Assembly (NCBI GenBank): GCA_002633005.1
Contig: NMRA01000066.1
Coordinates: 248,001-312,000, forward strand
Direction of reading: 5' to 3'
DNA length: 64,000 nucleotides
Source of the DNA: Phoronis australis
Taxonomy: Eukaryota; Animalia; Phoronida
The first letter of the stretch is position 1, and each line of letters opens with the position of its first letter. The translations under genes were made by a program, and so were the position numbers. Below the pieces are notes generated by a model, which worked only from the letters and a program-made list of their open reading frames with translations, was not told the origin of the DNA and did no database searches. Shown here piece after piece: positions 11,701 to 26,700 of the stretch.

Positions 11701-14700
11701 NNNNNNNNNNNNNNNNNNNNNNNNNNNNNNNNNNNNNNNNNNNNNNNNNNNNNNNNNNNNNNNNNNNNCAGGCCCCCTGGGCCCCCCCTAAATCCGCCTA
11801 TGTGTATGAGTGATTCATGCGTGATCGACTGTATGACTGGGCCTTAAAACACTTATTTTGGTACTTCCTATCGTGTGATCTCCACGTCAAATAAATTTAC
11901 TTTCAGATTCCGGTGATTTCTGGACTGGAGGTCATCTGGATGGCGAAAGTGGCAAATTTTACCTGGATGGGATTCCTTTGTGGAATATGGATTCGATGTA
12001 AGGGATCTTTGCTTACATCTGCCTTCCTTCACTTAAAGCTGTTTTACCCAATCTTTGGCGCGTGTTTCTTCCTCAGTTACGTGAGCGACTTTATTACACC
12101 ATTCTGTGTTCCGATGCACAATACGATAAACGTGAAGTCCGATAAGGGGTGAGTATGCCCTTACGCAGATTTCGTTGGGCGGACTGCCTGGAGGCACAGG
12201 TGATCCCTATTGTGTAAACGTTGTGAATGAAATATTTGTGGCATGGTTGTTGTTTGAATGGAAATGAGTTATTATTACACCACAATTTATATCTGGCTTT
12301 TGATTGACCGAAACGGGGCGCAACGTCCGATATCGCGTAATATCGACCAGCTCAGTGCCCCAATGTCAGAGGTTGCTATTCGGTATCTGGACAATCAAAC
12401 GCTTTAGAAACATTAAGTCCTGACCACAAAGTAAGCAGATGATGTCAGAACACCAAATCAGGCAAGTATACGCTAATCTAATACGAAATGACGAAATCAG
12501 AGGAAAAATGCATCAATGGTCAGGTTCAATTTCTTGATCGATCTCTCGGGCGTACATGTATCAGGCCACATGGATCTTTGGAGAGCGATATTGCTCTGGG
12601 CCATTGACCTTGGGCAACATTGCACTCCCGAGGTCCACGTGACATCATATCACCTCGGGATCGGTCCATATTTGTCAAATATACAGTATATCAAATTCTT
12701 CTTGTTCACGAAAGACTATGTGTGTTATGTCACCCGAGTTTCTGAACGTTTACACTGCACTGTGTTACTTCACTGATATAATTTCTTGCCAGCAACTCTC
12801 CAGTCTATCAATGGTCTCCTAAACCATTCCCAAAGAAAGGTGATTGCGTATCTGCAAAGCTAGACAGGCAAACCGCTCTGAATGTTTCAACAAGACCTTG
12901 TGGTGATCAGCTACAAGTCATTTGCCAATCTGAGGGATTTTCTCAAACATTAAATGAAGGTATGTTTGCAGCGCAAAGGTCATTCATTTTGACACATGCC
13001 ACCACTGTCGAGTTCTTATCAAAGGGGTCTTGAAATAATTACATAATAGTTAAAAAATATAATTAATCTTACGTGGGTGGCAATGAGAATAAGGGGGTTC
13101 CTGCAGTCGTTTGGCTCAATGAGTCTACTTACGAATGTCACATTCACGTGATTCTAACTTTTTTCACTGTGAAAAGAAAACATTTCACTCTAGCACGATT
13201 TTTGAATGTCGTCATCATAAAGTGCCAGCAAACCTTGCTAACTGTGGCGAAGGACTGCGGAACTCAAGCAAATGGACACACTGGATTTCAAAGATTCATT
13301 GACCATTGACAGCATCTTGGTTTCGTCCACCATCATGAATATTTTATCATAAGGATACAATTTTGGCCAATTAATATGTATTAACAACGACTTGTCCAAC
13401 CAGCTCTCTAAAAAGTAATGCTCTGGTGGTCCTCGTCAACCCGAAAACAATCGCGCAAATTTGGAAACTGCTCACTAAGTCTGCTAACCCGGTAAGCGTT
13501 ACCTACGCGTTAGGTACGCTTTTGAGCAGTGTGAGAAATATGACGATTTTCCAACAACCATGCTTTCCATTCAGTGAGTGTATTGTTATTTGAATCCTGC
13601 TTTTACCTCGCAAGTGAAACACCAATGGTGCATACGCCGAGGAAAGAACGAGAATTGTTTGAAATTACTAAAACAGAGTTTGGTATTCTCTTAATGAAAT
13701 CTTTTGTACAGGCATGGGTTTAAATTTTGTCAATGACAGTCATTCCTTAAAACAAACACTGGGGGTGGCGGGGGTAGCCTACTTATTTCTAGCCACATCT
13801 TCACAGAACCCCAAACGCGGTCCCCGATTCAATTGAGATCTTCAAAAACATATTGCAAACCTGTCACGAAGTAACCTCGAACAACACAAGAAATGTCGAT
13901 GTTAGTTTCTATTTATGTTCGGACCGACAAACACAGCATGGCCGCTGATTTTGACACGGATGTGATGCCTTAATACGGTTGTTGTTGAATGGTGCTTTTA
14001 TGACGTAAGATAGACACCGGGTGCGTAAACTAAGATTGGTTGAAATACCTCAAATAGACTTTAGTATCAATTCAAGTGTGTTTATCAGGTAAGTGAACGA
14101 GCAAAACTCTGAAAATCAATCTTTTTCGAAACATGTCGACTAAACAGTAAAAGACTGCGATATTATGCCATTTCCAAAATATTCAGGATTGTCAGGCACT
14201 CGTACGAGCAATTTTTTTAATTTAAATGCGGATGATGTTTATGTGCCAACCTGGCCGGTTTTGACGTATTCCACCCCAGGATCAGTATTCACGCAGTTAA
14301 TTTGTCCTGGCTCGAGACAAATAAAAAACAAGTCTTCAAATTATTGCAGTTGAAACCTATACGTATATTCGCAAAATTATTAGCAATCACCAGAGCACAG
14401 GCTGACGAGTGAAGCTGAGATCCGAGAAATAAAAGCAAACTCTATGGATCTGAAAGTTTCTTTGTCCAAACAACGCAGCAAGTCCAGTTAATTATATTGT
14501 CAAACAATATTTTCACCATTTGCTCAATATTTTAAGAGAAATTTGTATTCCATTTGTTCCTGTAGAGCGCGAAAAGTAAATATCAGTTCTATCAAGTTCT
14601 CTACCAAGCTAATGCGCATGCGTTGTAGAAGCCTAACTCGAAACAGTCGACAAGAGTATTCAGTAGAAGCATACTTTTTTGATGAATGTGGGGGTTTCGA

Positions 14701-17700
14701 CGCCACTACACGTTCTGTGTATTGGACTTGGTGACAGAATATTATGTCAAGATTTGTTGAATTGTCGCCTATAAGCCTGCAACTTTTGAAGTAGTTACTG
14801 TACACTGAAGTGGTTACGAACACGCCTTCCACAACAAAAACAACTTTTAATTGAATCCAGTTACCATTGGTCTCAAACCGTTGAGGTGATTTCAGATATT
14901 CAAAGAGCCGATAGTTATTGTTTGAAACCAGACTCTTATAAGTTGGCTTGTCACAGTGTGTCATTTTATGAGCATGATCTCAAGGAATAACAAATTGTTA
15001 ATTCTCTGCAACCCAGAAATTATTTCACATCTTAGAAAGAAACAAGTTCTTACTATAGCGGTTAGTAGTCTAAGAAAAAAAAGTCGTTTTTTGGCTTTCT
15101 GGACGGTACGCGGGTTAATAGCCGCTTATATATTGTTTACGTTGGATTGATGCAGATCTGACCCGGGTATTTTTTACCGTTACACGTCCCACCTGGATGC
15201 AAAAAGTTCTAGCGAAGCGTATTCAGTAGATGCGGTGGAATGAATCCAGTGTCCTCAAAATGTGTATCTTGTAATATTTAATCATGGTCGTGTCTTCTTG
15301 ATTTCAGTTAGTAAGTGTGGAAGTGGTTGGTATGGCGCTGTTCATCTCGACGTCTGCTACAAATATCATGTCAAACAACGTTCATTTTCGGATGCTGAAG
15401 AACACTGCCAGCAACAGGGCGGCCATCTTGCTATGCCGTCTGACTTGTTCATATTGAGTCACGTAAGACAGGCCACCCCTAATGATCCCCAAAGGTTTAA
15501 TGGTTAGTGGCTTTTCTTGTCGTACCAGTATTAGAATTTATTTATTTTCTCAAGGACACAATTAATTCAACTTAGACACGGATTTGTTTCCTTTGCGGAG
15601 GTCACTATGGTATTGCTACATGTACACGATGACAAGTAAACAAAAGGGGGGTGCCGGATATCGCATTTGTCCTGGAGGTAGGAAAACGCGTAGTTCAATT
15701 TAACTCGTTTTAGTAATGTGGGGGGATTCTAAGAATCATGTCGGAAAATATCACATCCACACGGATGCTCATCAGGTTTATTCAACTTTTTTGCCACGTC
15801 GAAGTGACAGCCACACAGCAGTAAACCTCAATGGCACTAGAAGGTCGAACACAGTTCGTGCAGCCATGAAATAAAATGATTCCACGGCACTGACAAAACA
15901 TGCGAATGACGCCAATGACGCGAAAACGAGGCTAAAACACTGCTTGAGAAATGTCGCAACCTTGTGAGTAAATACTGCGATATTTAAGTGTTGGTGTGTA
16001 ATCCGGCACCGTCCTATTCATGGATCATAATTTTCTCGTGAACACGTTTTTGGCGTGGTTGGAACTACTGTATACAATTGCAACGTAGCGTTTCGGATGC
16101 AAATGTAATCGTTTTAATTCCTTAAAAATGGACCAGCTCGTGAACAGTGTAAGTTTTATTATAGACACCAGCTAGGCAGCAAGCAAGCTTGAAACGTTTG
16201 TTGTTAGTTAATGTGATCTAAAACGAATAAACTTACTATACCATTGGTCGAGACGTTAGTTACTCACGAGACACTTCATGCAACGAGAAACCTAGGCTGA
16301 TGGAACTGGAATAAGAAGTTTACATGTGCGTACACGCATTGTAGCTTATCGCTTTTTAGTCTAGCAACTTAACAATCTGGCCTGGTCGCCCATTCACTTT
16401 CGGTGGCGGCCATATAGCTAGTTCGCAAGTCCAACCCCGATTTTACGTGCTAAACCGTGAGAAAGATCTCGCGTTATAGTAACGAGATCTCTTGTAACCT
16501 TGCACAACTTTCAGTATCATGGCCTTACTGAACGCACACCCTGTCAAGGAGAGTGTTCCGAAGACCAATTCTTTCGTGCGAAAAATCGAGATCTCATAGG
16601 ACTTCGCAAAATTGCTCTAGTGAAAAGTGAGTGTCATACAACTATGATCGCGAGATTACTAGACTGGTTTGCGTTCAGTAACCCTAGGACCTACATGTAC
16701 CCTAGGATCTAGTTAAAATCTAGCTAAAGTCACGTGCTCTCGTTCAAAACAGACTGCAATATGTCACGTAATCTCGCAGTCTTGCTTTTTAGCGAGGTCC
16801 TAGTTTTACTGAAGAGGAGACTGTCCTATCAAATCACGGCTACTGAAGTGATTGGTCTCTGAAGTTCTGACTTTTGGAATTGAATTCAGTGCTTTCGTTG
16901 TAAAAATGAAGATTTGTCATCGCGATTACAAGCTTAAGGCTCGCGGTCTACGGAGCTCAACCCCTTTGTAAGGCGTCTGAGCGTTGGACCTTATATAGTG
17001 CGTTATCGTTACAGGTTCAGTCGCTGACAAGACGTTCATTGGATTATTTTACGAAGACGGTACCTTTAAATGGTCAAACAAAAGCACCGTACATTCGTCA
17101 TTTGACGTTGACAAACACTTTACTGCTAACAGGACAACGCTTCAAAAATATTGTTACGTCATGCTCAACCAGGATTTGTTGGTCAATCAAAAATATGGTT
17201 ACCGAAAAGTTCTCTGTTCGGAGTCGCACCCATTTCTTTGCCAGAAACGTGCTGACAATCCGTGTAAGTATGGTGAAATGTCATTGCGGCTTGTTTTAAA
17301 TACCACTGGTGGTCACTGCAGGTTTTTTTTTATTTTTTCATTAAGTTATATGTTATTTCGATCAAACTTTTGTCATGTGCAATACTTTTGAAAGTACATG
17401 TCGTGCGTGCTTTACTAATTGGTCGAAACTTCACGACTATGACTTAAAAACCCAAAACATGCATTTTGCCGTGTTTAGCTGACTCAAAACTACGCCTTTT
17501 TGCACTCACAAAATCGGTCTCAAAACTTCGCTTTCCGTGCTAAAACGTGTTTTATATTATTATAAAGAACACAAAAAACCTGAACAGGTCTAGAAACACG
17601 TCGGTCATTTTATTAGGGTTAGATAACCCAGTATCTTAAAAATGGCGCGCAGGGTACTAGATTAGTCAAATGACCATTTACCGTGAGACCAGATGTTGGA

Positions 17701-20700
17701 TTTGGCTCTTTTCGGTTAAAAAGAGCGGCTGAGCAGGTAAAATGCAGATTTAAGTTAAGGTTTCTCCACAAATAATAATTGGGAAAGGTCCTCTGAACTT
17801 CACAGATCTTCGTTAATCCCTTTATTCCCAAGAGAAGGAAATCTTGACTTAATAATTGGCAATTGTATGAGCAAGAGTTAGTTTCGTACGCGCACCCAAA
17901 GGGTTGAGGCTCGGAAGAGCCTCCCCTATTTGGCGAAGTGGGTAAAAAGTCCGCATCAGATAAACAAAACTCCGTGCAATGTAGAAAACGAGACAAAAGT
18001 CCACTAAAAAGGCAGGAACTACCAAAACAAAATCAGGGAATGCAGAATGTAGCTCAGAACGTACCCCGGGAGTATTAGTAAAAGGTCCACATACTCAAAA
18101 TTTCGATCCCCCCATTTGCTAGGCTGGGTGCTCGAATGAATTTTGCATTATATCATAGTTGTTAAAATGGTATTCATTAATAACTGCAGAAGTCAGTAAG
18201 TCCTTTCTTACCATTTGGTCTGTTTTAAAATTTGTGTTTACCGGAATCGCAGGTAGACTGTTTTTACTCAGAAATTCGCTTTGGTTTGATGACCTTTCCA
18301 CGTTTATCATTTAAGCGCCGGTCACCATCCTTAAGCCGCCGGTTGATACCGTTATTTATCGAATATCCGACTTAAGACCTCAGAAACGAGAAATCGAGTC
18401 CGGAAATGCAATGTATTCAGTCAAGTGTGTTCCTGGGGGCGATTACTTTGCCTTGACAAGCCGTGTAAATGGATTTCCTACCCAAAGGTAAGTAAACTTC
18501 GATCTATTACCTGTGTATGTATTACATAATTCGACAATTTTAATATAATGTAGTTCACCTAGTTAGATAATTTTAATGTCGGTGTCTTTGGTTGTGCTTG
18601 TTGTGCGGCGTCTGCAACACCTCAGGAATTTCCATAGCCTCAAATTTTGCATCTGCGCATGTCTGCTATCTTCCATCCTTTCAGCAAGTCATGTGACTCT
18701 CAAACTGTCGAGTGCGTCGGGATACCGTGATAACAGGTTTAAAATGGAGGCAGATTAAGAATAATATTGCGAATGACGTTGTGTACGACTTATGAGGTCT
18801 AATAGGCTGACGCCATTATTGTAACCATCTCTTGGTCGAATCCGTTTTGTTAAGATTGCACACTGGGATACGAATCACTTCGAGTATTTTCTGGCGTAGC
18901 CTCAAAATTCCCTTCGAATGTGAACGTGATCGGCGCATTGCGACCAATCGAAGGTCTTTCCATTCAAAGTTCATCCATTTCCGAGTCGGACGTTGTCGTG
19001 TACTTTACTACGAACAGTAATGTCAGCTTGTGCAATGAAATTCATGCGGATTGGGCAAACCATATTTTGGAATAAACTGAAAGATTCATACTATCCCGTA
19101 AAACTCTGTTATTTGTCTTCTACAACTACTAACCAATCTACATGTACTCCTATGTTTTACATGACAATTTATAATTACTTCACCTTCACCTGGAGATGGT
19201 CAATAACCACCCATATCGGTAGGTTGTGTTTGTAAGTCAACACTGCTGTCTCTCGTGTTTCTGCCTTTACTTCATCCTTCCACAACCCTGTCTCAAGGAG
19301 ATGTTGACATATTTCTTCGAAGGCGGTCACCATAATTGCGTACGGTACCTGCGCTGGTGTTGCAGTTTTCAAAATAAACCGAACAACGTGGAAATTCTTT
19401 TCGACTAGAATACGATAGCGCCTCCATTTACGTTGTCTTAATTTTCAAAATTTGCACGTACCTCCATTCATAGCTGCCTGACAGATTTCTTTCGAAGTTT
19501 ATATTGAAGTTTGCTGTGTGTGGAGCAAGTGTCCAATAATGTCAAAAAAGTTCCACTTGAAGCTGCGTGCAGCTGTCAACACTTGGATGACAAGACTGTA
19601 GTACCAGCTGACTAATTCGAAGAACAGGCATACTGTACGAGTAAAAGGTTCTGGGATAATAAGGGTCATTTTAATGAGAGTTCAGCAATTAAGTGGCCAT
19701 GTGGTTAAAGAGTTTCAGTGGGTTTGCCCACCTTGATACTGCCATGGAGAAAATAAGTCATGTCGAATGAAGGTTGTGAAGAGCAAACGTCACGTAGTTG
19801 AGTAACAGGAAAAGACTAAGAAGGCAGGAGTGGGCGTGGACGATGATGACTAGAGAAAGATTATTGAAGAGATAGAGAAGCACAGACACCCGCTCACTGA
19901 CCACCAGTCATATCTCCGAGTAGTAACTGATTGTTAAGAAGAACCTGGTCATTGGGCATGAGTAGAGCAGCCACTTTTTAGTTTCAGTAAGCAGTGAATG
20001 TTACAAAGCAATTAAGAAAAAGTCAAAATGCCGGAGTTGCTGAAGAAGCCTGTACTGTCGAGTGAAGGCCACGGCGTTGAGACGTTGTTCAGTTGCCTGT
20101 TAATAGAAAGGCAGCAATGTATATCTTTCAAGAACTTATTGAGTCCACTCCCTACAGCCCCGATCGAAAAATACGTCAGTCTGAGGAAGGGTAACAAAGC
20201 CATTTTGGTCAACTCTCTTCGCCTTATGTCCCAAATCATTCTGCTCCAAAGATACTGGTTGCTGTTTGTAGCAGGTCGTTTGGAGTGTTTCCGGAACTAC
20301 AGAAGATTTAGGTAAAGCCTCGGCACTCTACTAGCGCCCTATCCTCCCGCTTGTGAAACGATTATTCGCTTTGAAAAATATGACCACAAAAGACCATGAG
20401 ACGATAACATGAGGAAAAGTTGAGCAAGTCATGCTAACCCCTTTTCCCAAACACCCCATTTGCCGCTAAACTATGTTAAACAACCTTCTGTGTGTATGAA
20501 GCTATTCCCTTCTATTCAACATCGAGCGGGTCGAGAAGAGCCACTGAGTAATTACTCATGCTGAAGCAGACGTTGTATAGGTACATGTAAATGTTGAAAG
20601 TGGTGGAAGAAGGCAAGCACACACCATTAGAATAACTTGTGACAACACTGACGTCTCCGAGCTCTTGATTTATGTGACGTCTAATATGCCAGTTGACGCC

Positions 20701-23700
20701 AAAACTCAAATGGAGAAGTGGAATGGCAGTATTTCGGAAATAATGGAACATTTCAGAGATTTGACCTTTACAAGTGCCGCCAACATGAGAAGTCACAGAC
20801 GTGGGGGTACAGGACAGACAAATGTTTTTGGTTTGAACGAACTGTCAGAGACGCCAATAACCCCTCTCTGACTAGACACGGAGGTGTCAAGTTGAACTTA
20901 TCTCAGTCAGTGACTCGTGTTCCATTGCCTTAAAGCTGTTCTCTATGAACACCGACGCAGGGGGGTTGGAGGGGGGGGGGATTNNNNNNNNNNNNNNNNN
21001 NNNNNNNNTTTTCTTGAGAACTAGTGACTCATCAATCCCCAGTAGGAGAAGGCAAGCAGCTACGCAAAGTCGGGAAGGATTTACTTTATAGTAAGTTTCA
21101 GAAGTCATAGTTTATGACCCTGGATTAATAATAGTGCCCGTCCTAGTCTATGTACATATAACCTTCACGGATTACGCGTGATCTTTACACATACCTCTAT
21201 TCACGAGGAGGCAGTGTGACTTAGTATCCTTCCTCTACTCAAGATTGTGTGTTCACACAGGGCACAGTGCTGGTCGCTTGAGCCAAGTTCTTAGCTCCAT
21301 AGCGCTGTTACAACTAATGGAGCATAAAGATGGTCCAAGATGATCAGTGCGAAGGACGTTCCTGAGCGGCAACAATATTTTAAACTACTTATTGAGATGC
21401 TGGGAGGATATCTTATTCCAGTATTTAGCTATCCTCATTCTTGATATACAGTAATGCAATCACACAAATGATAATTCAGCATTTCCCTTAAGTTTAACAT
21501 TTCGTCGGCCAAAAGAGATGAATTTTCCTTGTTTCAGTTCAACGTAACCTTTGTCCTCTTATTTGATCTTGACTTTGACCTTGTATCCAGAAAAAACCCA
21601 AATTTACTCTCCGTCCCCAAAAACATTGGAAATCATATATTGCAAGACCCTACATCTTGAATTATCAAAATGGTCAAAGTGCAACCATTTCCAAAAGAAA
21701 ACTTTACTGTAAACAAAATTGCAGGGTCAACTTTTTGGCACCTAGACTATTATTATGAATGCCACCAACACAGGAAGTGTCCATGATTTTTAATAGGTCT
21801 TCATAGGATGCTACTCCTTCTTATCGATACCCTTGGTCTCCTTTCCTCTTTGTCTACCCCTTGGTCATCAAGTGTCTCTCCCTCAGAAGATGCTTCCCTA
21901 ATGGCACATTCTTTAGCAGTACGTCAGGCACATAGAGACTGTGGTCGTTTCGGTCAGCATCCTGGACCACTTCTTCCCCCGTCTCACCAGATAGCTCTGA
22001 GCACTGTACCGCCGTTGCCTCTAGCCGACACACCATTTTCTTTGATAAATCTTCTACACCCTCTGGTACTTGCAACAGATTTCTCCACATTGGCAGGAAA
22101 CACCGAAGGGCGGGTCTGCAGTTGTGTAGGTCCTTCTATTCGGTTGGGCTTTGTTGCGCGTATCTGGCCTGTTAATGCCGCAAAGTTCAATCTAGTGGTA
22201 GGTCTCATTCTTGGAATTTAAATCATTGCCTGTATCATCGTCCTTGTTCAGTCTGTTGTCAACGTCGTCTCAACCTGGTCATTGCGCTGCTCATTCTCCC
22301 CTCACTCTCTTCCAGCCCTGGGAATACTCCTCTGTATATCTGTCTATATATACATTGGTTAAAAGTTTTTGAACCGGTTAACTTGGGGTGTGAACTTTGC
22401 ATTAGATGCCTGAACGTTAACTACCCATTATGGTGTTCAAGCCTCGTTACAGAGAGAAATTGATATTGATGATTTTCATGCTAAGAATGACCTACATGTA
22501 TTTGTAATAAACAGGGCTTTATATCTTGCGCGTTTCCTATTATCGCCTGAGTTTAATAGTAACGTTCAGACTTTGGCTTTTGGCAAATTCCAATGAAAGC
22601 ATATTTACGTGAACATCGAAGTTTCACTGCTCTGAGGGCTCACTTCGAACTCCGGTGTAGTTTTTATATTCATATAACCACATGGAAATACATGGTACTT
22701 CGGTTACTCGACGCAGTGGTGTGCCTACTGACACTAACACCCTGGTAATGAAACAATTTGTTTGGAACTCTAGTGTTTGCGAAATTGTGATTTTAAGGTG
22801 CGTCTTCTAGCAAACGAAAAATAAGTACGTACTTGCATTTTTAAAGATACCCTTTCACTTCATTTTACTTCAAAATTTCATAAAAATGATTTAAACGTAA
22901 GTTAGTTTAGTTTAAGCGTAAGCCCAAATAATGCTCATTCAGTACAACTCCAACTGAACTTAATGTTATTTTTGAGTTTATTTTTTATTTTTGGTGGTGC
23001 ACCATCTCCTAAAATGGCAGCGTACAATATGGGTACTCTCTCGGGTCAAAACTACATGTATCACGGGTTGTGAAAATAGGAAACAATTAATTAAAACTAC
23101 ATGTAGCGGGCTACCTTTGCCCCAAACAGTCTTACCACTTCACAGAGCCTCACCCAGTCGTCTAAAATTTAAAGCTGCCCGTTGGTTGTCATTAAGCAGA
23201 ATGGCTGATGTTTGCACATGCGCAGATAACGTTCACTTACGAGGGATAATTTTAGGCCACAAAAATATCCGGGATGCTCCGAACGGTTCTCGGATGTGTA
23301 TGAATACTTAAAGTTCACCTTCATATGTTTTGGCACTTTTGAGTTCCGGCACATTTGCTTAGATGCATCATTAAAAACGTCCCCGTATTTTATTTTTCCG
23401 CAGTGCTCAGTCGGGTCACAATGGACGTGTTGAGGGAGACGCTTTCGGTATTCTTACATGTGAAGCTTGGAGCTACTCACCTTTTGCTAAAGTCAGTTCT
23501 CAACCAGTCCTGGTTAGAAGATTCGGTAATTGTTATTACTTTTCAAATAAATTCAGTCCTCTAATGGCTCAATATGAAATATATATTATCAAGAATTTCT
23601 TATTAACTGGTAACTTCGGTCCACATTTGTAGGTATACAATTTTAAGATAAAATTTGTACCACTCTGAAAAAAAATTGACAAAATCATGCAATTGAAAAC

Positions 23701-26700
23701 CAAAACTAATAAGTGTGACCTTAGGCATGTAGTATATTTTCAGAAATCACACGCGTCGACTTTTAAGTGGTACATGTATCGATCGTGTAAAGCGTCACAT
23801 TTGACGAATTTACTGTTTCTGAAATAAACTGCTATGCAATCACGAGGCAACATGTACTTTGCTAAATGTTTCTAGATTAGGTTTTCATTTGGTTGTTGAG
23901 TTCTAAGTTGCTACCAAACCACACATACATGTAGAAAAATCATAGAAGCATAGACTTATCACCCTGCTTATTCGATTACCGGAGATAATGCTTGAATGGG
24001 GCCATGGCATAACATTGCCGCGAAGAATATTTTAAATCAACAGTCTTTTGATAAATTGAGGCAAAAGTTACCACTCCTTAACGATATTTAATGAACTGCT
24101 ATGGATATTGTAAGGGTAACGGATACGTACCTAAAGTGACTTCATGACTTGATAACGCTCAGTCCGCAAATTTACCATAACAGTTTTTGGGGAAATACCA
24201 ATCATTCAGGGCTCATTTACTTTTTATTTTTCCATTCAGGCGAAAGATACTTTGTTGGGTGGTTTCTAATGCCTAACGCAAGGTTTGAAGAAAGTCACGT
24301 CTTATATAACTGGTTTGATGGGAATAAAGCCAGACCTCAAGAAGAACAAGAAGCAGAAGGAATTATAAGGAGTATTACTAATCAGGCTCTGATCAAGGCA
24401 TACCCACGGATGGTCTCCTTTTTTAGAGACACAGTTACATTATTCGATAACACGTGAGTACTGGACTCGGCAACTCGCGGCAAGGTCGAGATACATGCAA
24501 TTGTCACTAGGGCTTTCTAATTTTCACTGCTTTCATGACGGAGAAGAATAATTGTACATTTGGTGTTATTCTATGGCAATTGTTTCAGTACATTTAACGC
24601 GTTTTTCTACATGCCTTCCAGTAGTACAGTGTATGTTCTTGTCCTAACTGGTTGCTGTCTAAATATTTTGGTAAAAGGAGACAAATGTCAGTCTAAGTGA
24701 TTTCATCTAACTTGAGGGTGTGGGCTCTGTCCCGTAGTGTTGCAACGCATGCAAATATGTTTCTAACTTTGCCGTTAGTGTTCCCGATAAATCTCGCCTC
24801 AAATACTTCCTCGTTTAGTGTGTTACAAATTTCACGCTGTGATTAGTTAGTGATGTTTGCCCGCAGAGTACAATATTTACCTACTCTCCGAATTTGCTTT
24901 GCGTTGACGAGGTTCGACATATGTCCCGAAAATGAATGGGTACTCGAAATCTCGAGTTTTTACTCCAGTCAGCAGCTTGAGTCAAGTGCAAACTTGGACA
25001 AAACACAAGTATGCCATAACCATAATTTAGTTGGGTTCGAATTAAATAATTACAGTTCCCTTGATATCGTATTAACATAAAACGGAAAGTGTCAAAAATA
25101 ATTTCGAGTTCGTTTCGAATACGAAAACCAGGCCTCGGACCCAGTTCAAAACTAGGTGAGAGTATTTTATAGGTTCAAGAAAAGAAACTTTGAAACGGCT
25201 TCACCGCAGCAGCGGTCTAGATTGCGATTTATGGACTTGGAAATACTCGTTTCGAACTCAGATACACCTTGTAAATCTTGATATTTCACGTTGCAGAACA
25301 TTAGGTCTTGGAGTACACTTCAATTTTACTCTTCGCTTGAACTTACTCCACGAGCCAGCTGATCTGTCTGGTCTGTTAGACACGCTCCAAAGTGCCATGT
25401 GGTCATACGGTGGACAAAGCATAGACACTCAAACTATTCGCCTCCTTTCGGCAGGTACGGCAATGAACAACACTAAAAAAGCAGGGCTGGCGAGCGTCCA
25501 GTAGACCTAGTTCTTTGCCAGAAAAGCAAGATCTCGCAAAATCATGCGAGTGAAAAGCGAATGTTTCGCGAGTATGCTCCTAAGCTTACTACCATGTCGT
25601 GGCAAAATGACGGCTACTGAAGCGACTTGGTTGTTGGGTTATAAAGCGTTTGGAGCGTTGAATTGTGGGATTGAAATCAGTGTTTCCTTTCCATAAGCAG
25701 AAACTGATGTGATTCGCCATAGGTGCAAGCTAACGTTTTTAAGTCTACGGAACGCAGACCTAAATTTAAGGACGGTTTGTGTCGGTACATGTACATACAT
25801 GTAGAACATTTCTTAATAATGGTGCCTGTTCGGCACCTCCACACGACATGATCTATTCAGAAAATGTCAAGAAGCCTTGATTGACTCCTATTTAATATTA
25901 CACAAGACTGCTGGAGACAGAGGAGCAGTCCTTTATGCAGCGTACGTCCTGGGCGTCCAAATGGACGCCCTAGCACTTATCTGGATGCCCTGGCAAGGAT
26001 GCCCAATGTATCATTTGGACGCCCACTGTCAATAGGAACCTTTCAAGTTTGGACTTGCACATTGTAATGAATACTAGGAATCCTCTGAAGGCTCACAGTG
26101 GGGGCTCTTTTTTCAAAGCAGGAAGAAATACATGCATACAATGCATATACAAAGTATATGCATTGTTGCTATTTTGACACTTGATTGACAGCATTATAAA
26201 AGTCTTGGTCTACACGTTTTTTTTAGTAAAAACGCTCACCATAGAAGGCTGTTTTATAAACTTAGACGTAAAAACCTTGATCTATGCATTTTTTGTAAAA
26301 AAATCTGTGTGTTACTGTGTTTGGGGTATTGCTGTGGGTGGGGGGTTACGCGTCAGAATCATGGACGCCCTGGAATATTGGGAACCCCATTTGGGACACC
26401 CTATTTTCAAAATCCTGGATAAAGGCCTGCAGAGGAGGTCAGTTGTATTTCTATAGCAATGCTGTTACGCCGAGACTGCGTAGATTTGCTTTACATCGCA
26501 TGCCGGGTACCCAGAAATTAAGTTACCAGGCGCTCATGGAAAAAGTGTTGCTGCGCGCTGGATCGGGGTAGTCCCTGATAAGTTTAGGTCGACGTCATCG
26601 TTGGACTGACACACTTGTAGGGTAGGTTTCTATTGCGTGATCACGGTGCGAACTCTTAGCGTAGTATTGCGCGGATTTGTGTGAGATTGTTTATTCAGGA

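Noticed and set aside
10909-11847. Long ORFs across N runs (also 8372-8719 and 43971-44887)
   Set aside because: Artefacts of assembly gaps translated as X
19197-19232. Candidate missing phase 2-2 Ig exon (WSITTHIGRLC) ending at gtaagt
   Set aside because: Weak GAG acceptor and no clear Ig strand pattern; not needed to keep the frame
21808-22330. Overlapping ORFs on both strands, possibly a retroelement ORF1 relic
   Set aside because: No recognisable motif and no fitting splice sites; cannot be assigned
23355-23564. ORF-track frame VLSRVTMDVLRE... as the exon product
   Set aside because: Another frame gives the Ig-like GILTCEA motif and fits the splice phases on both sides
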